Positions 37,801 through 52,800 of a DNA stretch of 64,000 nt are shown piece by piece. Numbering within the stretch: the stretch's first letter is position 1; the number at the start of each line of letters is the position of its first letter. The position numbers and the translations under genes were made by a program. The stretch spans positions 143,096,001 through 143,160,000 of the forward strand of contig OZ024740.1 in the NCBI GenBank assembly GCA_964016885.1, given 5' to 3'. The DNA is from Eledone cirrhosa. Its lineage: Eukaryota. Below the pieces are notes generated by a model, which saw nothing but the letters and a program-made list of their open reading frames with translations, was not told the origin of the DNA and searched no databases.

Positions 37801-40800
37801 TAATTTTATATAAGCACCCTATACTAAGTTAGTATCTTGATAATAAAATAATAATTTTAGCAAATCTCTTAAAAGTATTAATTAATTAATTAAAATGGAG
37901 TGTATTTCATTAGAAATAGTAACAAAAGAATTAATAACTACATTGAATATATGTAGGGCAACATCTAAAGTAAACAATGGGGAGTTTCAGAGTGTCACAA
38001 ATATATGGTAGAATGATTGGACAGAGTACAGGGTTAACGAGGTGAGACACATGCATGATGATAAGAGGAGAGATAGATGCACAGGATGGTGTGAAGCAGA
38101 GGTGATATGCAGCATACTAATTACCAAATACAGAGGCTGTTGTCATCACAGTAAAAAAGGCAGAGAGAGGACATAGTAAACTAGTGTGTGGTGTGCTAGT
38201 GAGCAAATCATTTTCAACCAGACAGATGAAATTTGGAAGCCTAAGGTATCGTCATCCTCATCACTGTTTAACATCTATTATCCATGCTTACATTGTGACT
38301 AGACATACCAGGTTACAATGACTCACCCATATGTTCTGGTTTGGGCTTGGTTTCTATGGATGGATGCCCTAACTAATGCCAACCAGTTTACATGTACTGG
38401 GAACATTTTATCATCATACTGGCACTTCTACCTTACAGAGTGGACTGGGTGCTTTTTATTATAGCACCAACATGACTACTTTACAGTGCAAACTAGGTGC
38501 TTTTCATCATGGAACCTGAACTACCACCTCACAGAGTTAGTTGGGTGCATTTTATCATTGCACAAGCACTATATGGTTACAACACTAGGGTGCTCTGTGT
38601 GTCCTTGTTCAAGCCGGGAGGTATTAATGGGAGTGGTGTAAAAATGTGCCAGGGAAGAGATATTCTTCCATGGGAGAAGAAGCCTTGGGTCAAGTAACTG
38701 GCCTAGAAGCATGTGGGTGGTGTCTGATATATTGTGGGATATATATATATCATCATCATCATCATCGTTTAATGTCTATCTTCCACGCTAGGATGGGTTT
38801 AGATGGGAATTGTCCCACTTGAGGCAAGATTGGTCGTCTCACACATGTAGGACTGTCTGGCAGGTTTTCTATGGCTGGATGCCCTTCCTAACACCACCCA
38901 CGTTTACAGTGTGGACTGGGAGGTTTTTACCGTGTTACCTACACGGCCACATTACAGAGTGGACTGTGTGTTTTATTTTGTCGTGACACCTACATGACCT
39001 CATTTATTTTAGACTGGATGTTGTGGTGCCAACATAACTTTACAGAGAAAGGGTGGTGTTGGTGGGGGTGGGGTGGAGTAAGGGTAGTGGGATGGGGTAT
39101 ATATTTGGTTAAGAGGTGCCTACTGACTGTAGGTTTCACATTGTACATAAGCAAGGTGGGTCTTCTGTATTACTGTGTGGCGCCAAAGATCTCGGTCCAG
39201 TGACTTGTCTTAGAGAGGTGTAAGTATGTAAGGTCGGAATTTATCAAATCGTCCCAGGTTTTTCTGGGTCTACCTACTCCGTAACTTTTGTCAATTTTGA
39301 TCGCCCTGCACTTTTTTATACAGCTGTCGTCTTTCATGCGCATCACATGACCACACCAACGTAGTCTTCTCTCGAGTAAACAGCATCTGATCCCTCATAT
39401 TCCTAATTTCTCACTTAGTTCATTTATGCTTTATGTATATATATAAATATGTAAGTTATATATTTTGCACTCAGCCTCACCGCTATGTCCGGGTCAGTAT
39501 TAAATCTTTTCCTGGGTCCTGTATTTTCGTTGCTGTTTGAACGTAATGTTATTACTCTGGGGTCTTTCCTCATCTGAGTGCTCAAGCTACAGACCGATTA
39601 TGCATATACGCTAGCTTGGCCATATTCTAAAGCTTCGTCAATGCTGTACTAAAATTTAAATATATATATATATACATTTGGAAACCATTATTAGCTTACT
39701 AAGTCTGAGTTCAAATCCCGCCGAGGTTAACTTTGCCTTTCATCCTTACGGGGTCGATAAAATAAAGTACCAGTAATACACTGGGATAATTGCTGGCCTT
39801 GTGCCTAAAGTAGAAACAATTATTAGCTTGCTAATGAATGGTGGAATGGCAGAATCATGCGGGTGTTAAACAAAACGCTTTGCAGCATTTAGTTACAGCC
39901 CTTTATGTTCTGAGGTCAACTTTGCCTTTCATCTTTCTGGTGTCAATAAAATAAAGTACAGGTAAAGTCTGGGGTTGGTATAATCAAATTTCCCCTCCCA
40001 CAAAACTTTTGATCTTGTACTTAAATTAGAAATCATTATTAAAATAAAGTACCAGTAATGCACTGGGTAATTGCTGGCCTTGTGCCTAAAGTAGAAACAA
40101 TTATTATTGAGGGCGGTGGATTGGCAGTATAGGTAGAGAGTCGGACACCATACTTTCCAGCATAGTTACGTCTCTTTATGATCTGAGTTCAAATCCCGCC
40201 GAGGTTAACTTTGCCTTTCATCCTTACGGGGTCGATAAAATAAAGTACCAGTAATGTACTGGGATAATTGCCGGCCTTGTGCCAAATGTAGAAACAATTA
40301 TTATTGATGGTGTGTACTGACAAATTGTGTTTAGAGCTGTAGCTGTTGTGCAAGCTTTTGATGAGGGGGCTATGGGAATATCAAAATAATACCGGTTCTC
40401 TCTCTCTCTCTCCCTCTCTCTCTCTCTCCCTTTTATTTATTATTTCAGTAGTCTGTATCAAGATATTACAGTTTTATTGTAAACAGAATAAGCAATGCCT
40501 CTCACCTTCTACAAGATAATTAATTTTAACACTGACGTGGATAACAGTTATGGAGGTGTGATGGGAAGAAAGTTGAATAAATTAACTACAGTACTTGTGA
40601 CTTACATATCACGCGAGAATGAAAGTTCTGTCTGATTTTAGACTTATTAGTCATGCCACCACAAGTAATATCACTTCTTCTACTATCAGATTATAAGAGC
40701 ATATTCACGAAAACACCACTATCCAATTAAAGAATACATTTGATGTATCATGTTCTACTAGCTTCCTTAGGGGTTTAGCACAAGTGCAGCACAATATTCT

Positions 40801-43800
40801 ATCTAGAGTACTTATGAGGCTGATGCTAATGTTTATGGTGGTTTTTCACCTTTCAGAAATGAGGACTCAAGAGCAGGTCATCCAAATAGAAGCAGCTATT
40901 GCAGCAAAACCTGCTATTACAGTGTGTAGGAAACTCAGCAGACGTTTCAATGTTAGCCATACAATTGTCCTATATGAATTGAAAAAGCTTAGAAAGGTTT
41001 TAGGGTCTAAATATTGGTCCTACATGACTTATCTGTTGAGAATCCCCAGCATGACAGTTACTGTGGACCATTGTATACAGAGCACTTCTAAGTGTCTTTT
41101 TTTAAATAGAATCATTACTGGGGATGAAAAGAGATTCCTTATCCCAATGTTAAGTAATATCATCAGTAGCTCAGTCATGGTGATACACCTGTCCTACAGC
41201 TAAGAATGGACCTTGATCTTGTACTTAAATTAGAAATCATTATTACCTTGCCATAACTTGTTCATTAGTATTAATTGTTGTAATATTTATTTGTTACTTA
41301 CAAAATTATTACTTTAGTCACATTCTTTCCTTTAATATCTAGAACTTTGCTCAAGAACAATGTTATTTCCAGAGTGGTGAGAACTAGTATATCAGGTCAT
41401 TACCTATTGTTATAGTTCATTAAATAAAACAATAAATCATTTACTGAATCACACTATTTGGTTTGGATTGACAGTATTGGTAGAGGGTGGGACGCCATGC
41501 TTAGCAGCACAGAGTTATGGGCCTTTACCTTCTGAGTTCAAATCCCACCAAGATCAACTTTGCCTTTCATCCTTACGGGGTCGATAAAATAAAGTACCAG
41601 TAATGTACTGGGATAATTGCCGGCCTTGTGCCAAATGTAGAAACAATTATTATTGATGGTGTGTACTGACAAATTGTGTTTAGAGCTGTAGCTGTTGTGC
41701 AAGCTTTTGATGAGGGGGCTATGGGAATATCAAAATAATACCGGTTCTCTCTCTCTCTCTCCCTCTCTCTCTCTCTCCCTTTTATTTATTATTTCAGTAG
41801 TCTGTATCAAGATATTACAGTTTTATTGTAAACAGAATAAGCAATGCCTCTCACCTTCTACAAGATAATTAATTTTAACACTGACGTGGATAACAGTTAT
41901 GGAGGTGTGATGGGAAGAAAGTTGAATAAATTAACTACAGTACTTGTGACTTACATATCACGCGAGAATGAAAGTTCTGTCTGATTTTAGACTTATTAGT
42001 CATGCCACCACAAGTAATATCACTTCTTCTACTATCAGATTATAAGAGCATATTCACGAAAACACCACTATCCAATTAAAGAATACATTTGATGTATCAT
42101 GTTCTACTAGCTTCCTTAGGGGTTTAGCACAAGTGCAGCACAATATTCTATCTAGAGTACTTATGAGGCTGGTTCTGATGTTGATGGTAGTTTTTCACCT
42201 TTCAGAAATGAGGACTCAAGAGCAGGTCATCCAAATAGAAGCAGCTATTGCAGCAAAACCTGCTATTACAGTGTGTAGGAAACTCAGCAGACGTTTCAAT
42301 GTTAGCCATACAATTGTCCAATGAATTGAAAAAGCTTGGAAAGATTTTAGGGTCAGAAAAATTGGTCCCACATGACTTGTCTGTTGAGAATCCCCAGCAT
42401 GACAGTTACTGTGGACCATTGTATACAGAGCACTTCTAAGTGTCTTTTTTTGAATAGAATCATTACTGGGGATGAAAAGAGATTCTTTATCCCAATGTTA
42501 AGTAATATCATCAGTAGCTCAGTCATGGTGATACACCTGTCCTACAGCCTAGAAGGCACTGGCATCGAAGGAAGATATAGTATATCTAGAATTACATTAT
42601 TCAATGTATCCTTCCTTGCTTATGATAGTAGGTTGTGATTTAAGGGAAGTTTGACTACTATTTCTCTACAGGTCAACCGACCAGAGGCTTCCTTCAGCGA
42701 CTCATCATATATATATATATATATGTATATTTAATATAGAAATGGCTTCTACAGGACTAGAACTGTTTAATTCAAAGGAAATCACCGGGAAAGCCGACTG
42801 TGAATGTGTTATGGTGGTATTTATACATTTAGGTGAAAAGATAACACTTCAAATCATTTTATTAATTTCAACGTCTGTTTCAATTGTAATGAAATACAAT
42901 CACAAAATATAAATAAAGATTTACAGATCAATTAATTAATCAATCAAATCAATAAATAATTGTAATCACTTATTAAAAATCTCTTCAGAAAGCCAATATA
43001 TATATATATATATATATCATTATCATACAGCATTTAAGGCCTGTTCTTTCATGCTAATATGGGTTGGACAGGTTATTAGAGACCAAGTTAAGAACTGATA
43101 AAACCAGTCTTCAAAGAAGGGTCAGAGGCCGCATCTTGCTTATATACATACAGAGTGTCCTGGGTGCATTTTATCATGACATCAGCACTTGGAGGTTGTT
43201 GTATGCTTGACACAACTGAATTGTTTGGCAGGTTTTCTGTGGCTGGATGATGTCCTTCCTACACACATATATATGCAGTTACCTGATTGTATTTTGATTA
43301 TATATTTGATTATCTTTGTTTGTAACTATTGTTATAAACCCACATCAAAGAGCAAACCTATGGTATGTAGATGGTAGCTTGAATGATTAATTGTGATTTA
43401 CTGATCTAGTATTTCTCATATGTTATACACCTGTCTTAGTTGAGGAACATATTGGACATTCTATCAGGCAGTTGATAATAATTTTATGAGATGAAATCTC
43501 AAAGTTTGTACAGTGGAACCTTGGTTCATTCACCCGAAATGTTCATAAAGCGAAATTATTTTTCTCATACGAAATGTTAAGAGAGAAATACAGTGAGAGA
43601 GAGACTGTGTGAAAGATAGATAGATATCACTATTGTAACTAACTACACAGCAATGATGCTTTCCTGCCGATACTCCAAGCTTGTTGCCAACCATTGTATG
43701 TGTGTGTGTGTGCAAGCGTGTGTGTGCATGTGTGTATGTGGTGTGTGTGTGTGTGTGGTTATATATGTGTATGTGTGTGTGTCTGTCTATGTTTTTGATT

Positions 43801-46800
43801 ATGTCCCATAACTTAGTGGTTCAACAAAAAAAAGATCAATAAAATATATACTGAGGTAAATATAATCAATTGAAAAATATTCAAGGCAATGACATAGCAT
43901 GGCTGCAGTCTAATAACTTTTACTAGTAAAGAATAAAATGATTCAATTACACATTAAAATGGGAAATGCTGGTGTTTGCCCTCTAAAAACCTTTGAGACA
44001 AGCCAAAGATACTCCAGGCATTTCTAGAAATAGAGTGGATTTGAAGGAGATTTGGTTGCTATTTTTAGCAGTTATTGTTTAGCTCAAGGTCAGCTTTGAG
44101 CAAGCAGATCTGTGATCAAAAGCATTGAAGCCTTGACTATCTAGTCTTTTTGTATATCTTCAGCTACATTGACCAGTGTGTCCTTCTTGTCTTTAAGACA
44201 GTAGAGTATGATTTGAGAGAGATTTGGCTGCTATTTCTAGAAGTTAGAATGACAGTATAGAGGCTTCCTCATAGATTCAAAAGCATGCTTGTAGGTTCTG
44301 GTGATTGCTATCACAGAGGGGAGCATGGTGTAAATTACGTGAAAGCTCATCATATATATGGCTAAGGACACAATGCACTACCAGGAATTAAACTCACAAC
44401 TTTATGATCATGAGCTGAACGCCTTAACCACTAAGCCACACACAAACAAACACAGTCATACACAGCACCCTACTACACACACACACATATACACTGACAC
44501 ATACATGCACTTTCATACACATACTAATAAATATCTAAACAACATAATCTACAATTATTAGAATATTTCCTTGTAGTTACTGTGGTATCTGACATAAAAA
44601 TAAACCTATAACGTCTATCTTCCATGCTAGCATGAGTTAGACAAAATTGATCGGCTGACGTGTCTTGCTCGTATAGGACTGTATCTATATATATATATCA
44701 AATTCACATTTGATATAAATACTGTGTAAGTCAATGAGAAAGCTATTTTTAACTCATAACACTCTGTAAAGATTTAGCAGAAAATATCTAACAAACAGTT
44801 TGTTAATTCAAATGCTTATAGTATATTTACTACTGAACAGATGGTTGTGAAAATTCACAGTATTATGGTAAAGACTTCAAAGTTCATTCCTTTTTATCAT
44901 TGTTCTTCAGCCAATAACAGAGGAGATTAAGACTGGCAGTCCATTAGAACTCCTACATGCTGATGACCTTGACCTTATAGTTGAATCTGTAGAAGAGTTA
45001 GAGGCTAAATTTCAGAAGTTTTTGACAGCTTTTGTTACCTAGATGACCTAATCCGCTGTGGGGGTGGATGCTCAGAAAGTGGGGTAGCTAATGTAAGAAC
45101 AGACTGGAAGAAGTTTAGGAAGCTAGTACCTCTGCTGACAACAAAGAGCTTCTCTTACAGAATGGAGGATAGACTGTGTAGCGCTCTCTAGACAAAGGGA
45201 AGTAGCTGGAGTTACTTCCCGTAGAATGCTAGAGTATTGAACTTCCATTCTAGGAATTATTTAGGAGGGAGCAAAGAGCAATCTTTCTCTTTTTGGCGAC
45301 AGGCTCTTGAACTGTTCACACACGAGCGCAAAATACACAAAAGTTTTTCTATATCTGTTATCTAATTAAATTAGTGGTTGGCATACAGTGGTGTTTACTG
45401 AAGTAAATAACCCTGTGACCAACTCACTAAAGTGGTGACCACGACGTATGTTTGAATATATAATTTCTCCCGATGTTTTGAAAAAGAAAATCATTTCTCT
45501 CGACCAATTTCATCATGAGCAACACATCGTTACCAGCGTATTCTGGCGATGCCAAATTGTGGTTCACCCAGCTCGATGCGTATTTTGAGGTCAACGGAGT
45601 ACAGGAAAAACAGCAAAAATTAAACGTGCTAATCAGCGGAATTCCCGCTTCGCTAGCAATTACAGTAAAAGACATAATCACGGACCCTCCCAAAGGCATT
45701 TCCTACGAGTCTCTGAAGACAGAGGTACTGTGTAGGAACAGTAGGTCGTCTGAGAGTAGATTTTGTTCCTTATTAGAGGATGAAAATATGGGAGACAGAA
45801 CCCCGTCTCAGTTTTTACGTTGTATCTGGGAACTGAGTGACTCAACAGCAGAGGACAACTATTCTTCTTCTCCCGTTTGCCAACAAATGTGCAGACCATA
45901 TTGGCAAATATGGTCGACACCAGTTCTCTGGAACAAATTGCAGCCTCGGCGGACCGCATTATGGAATTTTCTCTTGTGCCTACTTCGGCAGATTCAGTCG
46001 TCGCTTCTTCTGCTTTCAAAACCCAGCCTGCCTCACCCCGTGAGGACTCAATGTTGAGAGCCATTGATGCGTTAACAAGGCAAGTAGCTAAACTATGTAG
46101 GGATCGAACACCATCTAGGTGGCGTTCACGAAGTCGGTCTTCTTCCTTTCACCGTCGCGCCAATCTCTCTGCCAACAACTCGTCTTTGTGTTGGTATTAC
46201 ATGCATTTTCGTGAAAAGGCGAAACATTGTATTCAGCCCTGCTCTTTCGAGACCTCAGAAAACTAAAATTGGAGAGTCTGGGCATGCCAAACCTCTCCCT
46301 CATTAATTCACCTTATCGTGCTTTCTTTATCGGAGACCGAGTCTCGAACAGGTCATTTATGGTGGACACAGGATCTAGTTGCAGTATTTGGCCCTTACGG
46401 TTCAACTCTACCAAGCCAACTCTTTCCGGCATTTCTTTGTATGCAGTAAACCAGTCTCCTATAAAAACTTATGGACAGATATCTTTATCTTTGAAACTAG
46501 CTTTGCGTCAAGATTTCAAATGGATTTTTGTCATTGCCGACCTACCACATCCTATTCTCAGTGCAGATTTCTTACAGCACTTTTCACTTTCGGTAGATGT
46601 CAGGAACCAGAAACTTGTGGATAGTACCACATCCTTATTTACGCCTACTCATAAATCTACCGCTGCTGCTGTCAGTCCGTCATTTTTTGTGGCTGCCGCT
46701 GGAAACCAGTTTCATGCACTCCTTACTTTGTTTCCCGAGTTAACGGATATTTCATTTAAACCTACCCAGGCAGCCCACTCGACTCAACACTTCGTTACAA

Positions 46801-49800
46801 CAACTGGTCCACCTGCTTTCTCTCGTCCACGAAGGTTGGCTCCGGAAAGACTAAAAAAAAGCACAAAACGAGTTCGAACACATGCTCCAGCTCGGTCTAA
46901 TACGACCTTCCACCAGCCCATGGGCATCTCCACTGCACTTGGCTCGAAAGGGTGATGCGGATTTTAGACCGGTAGGAGATTACCGAAGACTTAACGCTAT
47001 CACCACACCTGATAGTTATCCTTTACCCAACTTACAGGATTTTTCATCCGTTCTTCATGGATGCACGATATTTTCCAAAATAGATCTAGTATGTGCATAC
47101 CACCAGATACCCATGAATCCAGAGGATATACCAAAGACAGCCGTGACCTCCCCCTTTGGTTCATTTGGATTCCTGTCCATGACTTTTGGCTTGTGGAATG
47201 CTTCTAGTACGTTCCAACGTTTTATCGATGAAGTCATGCGTGGATTGGATTTCGTGTTTGCTTATGTGGATGACCTCCTGATAGCCAGCGACACAGCTGA
47301 ACATCATCATCAACATGTATCTCAGTTATTTCAACGTCTTCAATCGTACCAGGTCAGAATCAACCCAGCTAAATGTGTGTTTGGTACAGCTTCACTGGAA
47401 TTCCTAGGACATCGGATAGATTCAGAAGGTATTCGACTTCTGCCATCTAAGGTGGAAGCGATTCAGCGAATCGCACCCCACCCTCATTGAGACAGTTACG
47501 TCATTTCTTAGGATTAATCAACTTTTATTGTCGTTTCATCCCTAACTGTGCGGACATGTAGTTTCCCTTGACACAGTTTTTAAAGGCTGCGAAAAAGAAA
47601 GATGTTCCCATTTCACTTTCTGCCGATGCTTTGCAATCTTTTGAATCCGTCAAGTCTGAAATAGCTAAAGTTTCCTTTCTGGCTCATCCTTTTGCGAGCG
47701 CTAGGCTATCCTTAACTGTCGATGCATCCGACCATGCTGTCGGAGCAGTCTTGCAACATACAATCAACCACCAGTTTCAACCACTGGTGTTTTTCTCACG
47801 CCAACTAAAACCAACAGAGCAACGTTACAGTACTTTTGACAGAGAGCTTTTAGCAGTTTATCTTGCTGTGAGACACTTCCACCATCTTCTTGAAGGTCGG
47901 GAGTTCACAGTATTCACAGACCATAAACCACTCACATTCGCTCTTCAAACCAAGTCCGACAGATACTCTCTGAGGGCATACAGACATTTGGATTTCATCT
48001 CCCAGTACACCAGTGACATTCGTCATATAGCTGGAGCTGCCAACGTACCCACGGATGTACTGTCTCGACTCCCTGTGTACTCCCTTGCGTCTCCTGTACA
48101 TATTGATTTGGTTGCCATTGTGACTGACCAGCCTTCTTTAGATTCTCTGGATACTTCTACCCAGTTTTCCTGCTGTAAATTTGAATATTTACCTCTTCCG
48201 TCTGCCGAAGGAAAAATTCTTTGCGACATTTCTACTGGCTCACCCAGACCACTTGTTCCAGATTGTCATCAACGTACCATTTTTGATGCACTTCATTCCT
48301 TGTCGCATCCCAGCATAGCTGCCACGGTGAAAATCATCACGGCCCGATTTTTCTGGCCTAACATGCGTTGTTTAATCACCGGTTGAGCACGTTCTTGTTT
48401 GCAGTGTCAGCGCTCCAAGGTTCATTGGCATGTTTGCGCTCCTCTTGGTAAATTCAGCCCGCCAGATGCTCGTTTCCATCACATTCACATGGATATCATT
48501 GGTCCATGGCCAGTTAGTCGTGGGTTCACATATATATTGACCTGTATCGATCGTTTCTCTCGGTGGCCTGAAGCCATACCCCTAGTGGACATAACAGCCG
48601 AGTCCGTTGCCCGAGCTTTCATTTCCAATTGGATTGCTCGCTTTGGTGTTCCTTCTAAAATAACCACAGATCGAGGACGCCAGTTCGAGGCCTCCTTATT
48701 TTGTGAAATGTCACGACTTTTGGGTGCTCATCGCATTCATACGACCAGCTATCACCCAGCCTCCAATGGAATGGTGGAGAGGTTTCACAGACAGTTGAAA
48801 GCTGCACTTCGCGCTACTCCTGATCCGCAACGTTGGACCAAATATTTGCCAATCGTGCTTCTTGGTTGTCGTTCTGTCGTTAAGACAGATTTGGGTTTCT
48901 CCTCAGCTGAACTTCTTTACGGTACCACTTTGACTCTTCCTGGTCAAATGTTAGCATCTTGATCCAACATCATATGTCACCAGGATTCATTCTTACTTCT
49001 CGGATCTTCCACCAATGAACCCTTGTGACCAGTCTATTTCTTCTGCTGTTCCATCGGACATCTCTACGTGGACACACATTTTTATACGGAATGATTCTGT
49101 CAAGAGACCGCTTACGTCACCCTATAATGGACCTTTTCATGTGCTTTCCCACACACCAAAACATTTCACAGTGACTGTCAATGGTCGAAAAGAGACAATA
49201 TCCATTGACAGAGTAAAGAGGGCTTTCTCTGAAAGTCTCATTACATTGCCTGACATACCTCGTACATTCACTCCCACACCTACACCTTCACCTCCACCGC
49301 AAACACCACATACCACACAACCTTATGTCACACGAAGTGGCAGAACAGTGAAATGGCCAAGTAAATTATCGAAAACTATATACATTTAACCCCTAGTGGC
49401 ATTAACAAACTTCTTTTTTCATTTTCAGATAGAACTAGTGTCAGAAAAGTCTGTAGACTGGTGATGTATGAACTATTTGATTTTTGAAGAAACTTTGAAC
49501 TAACCATTGAGCATTAATTTTATTCTTGGGGGCTCGCTACAATGATCTTCGGTTGGTTATTCGACTTCTCGTCTGAGAGGGGAGTCTTGTAGCGCTCTCT
49601 AGACAAAGGGAAGTAGCTGGAGTTACTTCCCGTAGAATTTTAGATTATTCCTTGAACTTCCTTTCTAGGAACTATAAGGAGGGAGCAAAGTGCAATCTTT
49701 CTCTTTTTGGCGACAGGCTCTTGAACTGTTCACACATGAGCGCAAAATACACAAAAGTTTTTCTATATCTGTTATCTAATTAAATTAGTGGTTGGCATAC

Positions 49801-52800
49801 AGTGGTGTTTACTGAAGTAAATAACCCCGTGACCAACTCACTAAAACTGTATGATGCCTGTGTGTTAACTGCAATGCTACATGGCAGTGAGTTGTGGGCC
49901 TTGATTACAAAAGAATTGCAAAGAGTTGAAAAAAATGACGTGAGTATGTTCTGGTGGATGTGTAATATGTTTGACGTAGCCTAAACAAGCTGAGAAGAAA
50001 GTACTGTATGTGATGTATCTGATGTAGTGTGCAAGAGAGAAGACTGTGATAGTATGGACATGTGATCTGTATGGAAGCTAACAGCTATATAAAGAAGTGT
50101 AAAGAAATTTCAGTGAATGGAACTTGCAGAAGAAGAGAGGTCAACCTAGAAGTGGACTGACAAAGGACTGCAAGGATTGGCAACCTGCAGTAATGGATAA
50201 GACACACTTACAAGTAAAAGGATGTAGCCTGACCTATCAATGCCTTCTCCATCATTGCTTCTTAATAACCAATCCAGGATCATCTCCAACTCTTTTTGAA
50301 TCCTAACACATCAGTTATAGCTGTTCTAATATTCACAGTACACCCCTACTCTATCTAAGAGCACCTCCATCCCCTCTCCCCCATCACCATGTCAAACTCC
50401 ACTACACTTGTCATACACCCATGACATACTGTCTCACACCTATCCACACCATTTGGCACCATTTGGACACCACCACAGCTGTCATAATCCCATGATATTA
50501 TATACAGAGTGGATTGGCAGTATTGGTAGAGGGTCGGACGTCATGCTTTGACGCATAGAATTACGGCCCTTTTCATTCTGAGTTCAAATCCCGCCGAGGT
50601 CAACTTTGCCTTTCATCCTTACGAGGTCGATAAAATAAAGTACCAGTAATGTACTGGGTGATTGCTGGCCTTGTACCAAAAGTAGAAACAATTATATACA
50701 GAGAATTGAAACTAAAATTCCAAGATCTCAGAGAGCTTGTACATGCCAATATTGGCATGTACAAGCTCTCTGAGATCTTGGAATTTGAGATAAATGTGCT
50801 CCAGTGGTTGTATAATGGTGTGCATGAGCAATGTAGCTTGGAGAAGCTGAGAGAGAAAATCTGTATAAGAAGGCTCCAATGTAGTATGCAAGAAAGAGGA
50901 CTCCAATGGTGTGAACATGCAATGTATATAGAGGATGACATCTGTATAAAGATGTGCAGACAAGTCTCAGTGAAAAGGTAGACATGCAGACAAAGGCAGT
51001 AATGAAGACTGATCTTTGAACCCCCACCACACTTATCATACATCTATCACATAATACTTGTCCTCTTTCTCATCTATTGTCACTTACCCATGACATCATC
51101 CTTATCATCCTTCATATCTCCTCTCATTCTATCCTCCTCCTTAGTGCTGGTGCCACAACATAATGCATCCAGTACACTCTGTAAAATGGTTGGTGTTATG
51201 AAGGGTTTCCAGTCTAGAAATCAGGTCAAAATTGGGTTAAGAGAAGTCTTCAATTGTGTCAAAGAAATGACAACCTCTCGAGTGTTGGTGACATGATAAA
51301 ACTCATCCAGTACACTCTGTAATGTGGTTGGTGATAGGATGGACATCCAACCATAGAAAACTTGCTCAATAAAGAGTAGAGAGAACTCTTCAGTTGTGTC
51401 AAAGACATGGCGACCTTTATAGTGCTGGTGCCATGATAAAATGAACTGCACACTCTGAGAGATCAGTGACTTTGATTAAGTAATGACTTGGTCATCCAAC
51501 CCATTAACAAATGATGATGATATATCTGCACATACATGTAACTGGATGTGTGGATATATGTGTGCATATTTCCCTAGTCAATGTTATACTTACAACACTT
51601 TGTTACTTCTCTCCATGACACTTTGATGCCAATAATTTCACATTCGTGTGCTAAGGTATCAATGACATCACAAGCATCATTCTTCCATTGATGCATGTCT
51701 CCAGCTTCCCGACACATCACTGTATTACACATCGTGTAATATTTCAGTAGATTTTCTCTGCCTAGCTGCAACATACATTTACGAAAGCGAGTCCCAAACA
51801 TATGGTCACAGTACTTACGACCTTCCAAACAAGATTCATAGCCTGAAAAAAAAATTAATGGAATGATCATTATAGCAAAACTCTTTGCAACACTTTTATC
51901 CAATCTTGGATTAAATGCCTATGTATTTGTTCTGGCTGTCTGTGCTCTGAGTTCAACTCCCACTGAAGTCAACTTTGCCTTTTATTTTTTGTTGGGGTCA
52001 TAAAATAAAGTATCAGTTTAATGATAGTGGATTGGCAAGATTGTTATAGAATTGACCTGGGTGTTTTATAGTGTCTTCTTTGGCTCAGCAATGGAAAGAT
52101 CAGTGGAAACATAGTTTCCTTGGTTCAATCTGATGATCATCTTTTTTTCCTTGCATTATTTATGAAACTTACTGTCTGATGTTACTGCAAATGTTAGCCA
52201 GTTAATTCATTATTCTTAGTTAATCATATTTCTATTTATGTCATTTTAATCATTCTTCATTATTCTTATTGCATCCAATCCTAGTTTTCATGCAATCATA
52301 TATTTGATATCAAAAATAGAAGTTAGTGAGTCAACAGAACATATAGCTAACTTGTTGTTTTCATATTAACATTCTTTCACAAATTCCTGTGAGGTTAATG
52401 GTATCTAGTTAATAAATTCAAAAGCAGCAATGCCATAACCAACTTGTCAATTATAAATAACTACAACATATAAAAGATAAGCATCATCCAAGACATATAA
52501 CCAATAAGAATCAAGGGCATGTAATCAATAATCAGTTATAACATGTATGCTACTGTTATAATTTATAGGCAAATTAGTTTTTACAACTGTTTATATACAA
52601 CCTTCATTAGTTGAAATCAAGTTTCAAATTTTCTACTTTAAACTAGTAATATATATGTGTGGTAAAGCTGTAGCTATAGTTTATGCTGCCCAAAGGTGGT
52701 CTTTGAGTTCTTCCTTATCCCCATAAAAAATATAATGCAGTAGACCAGAAATGTCCTCTCATTCCCCAAGTACTGCTTGAGACAGAGCCATCAACTTGCC

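Noticed and set aside
39470-39650. Possible hammerhead (TTGACGA... on minus) next to (TA)n; similar weak case at 10475-10560
   Set aside because: Could not build consistent stems I-III.
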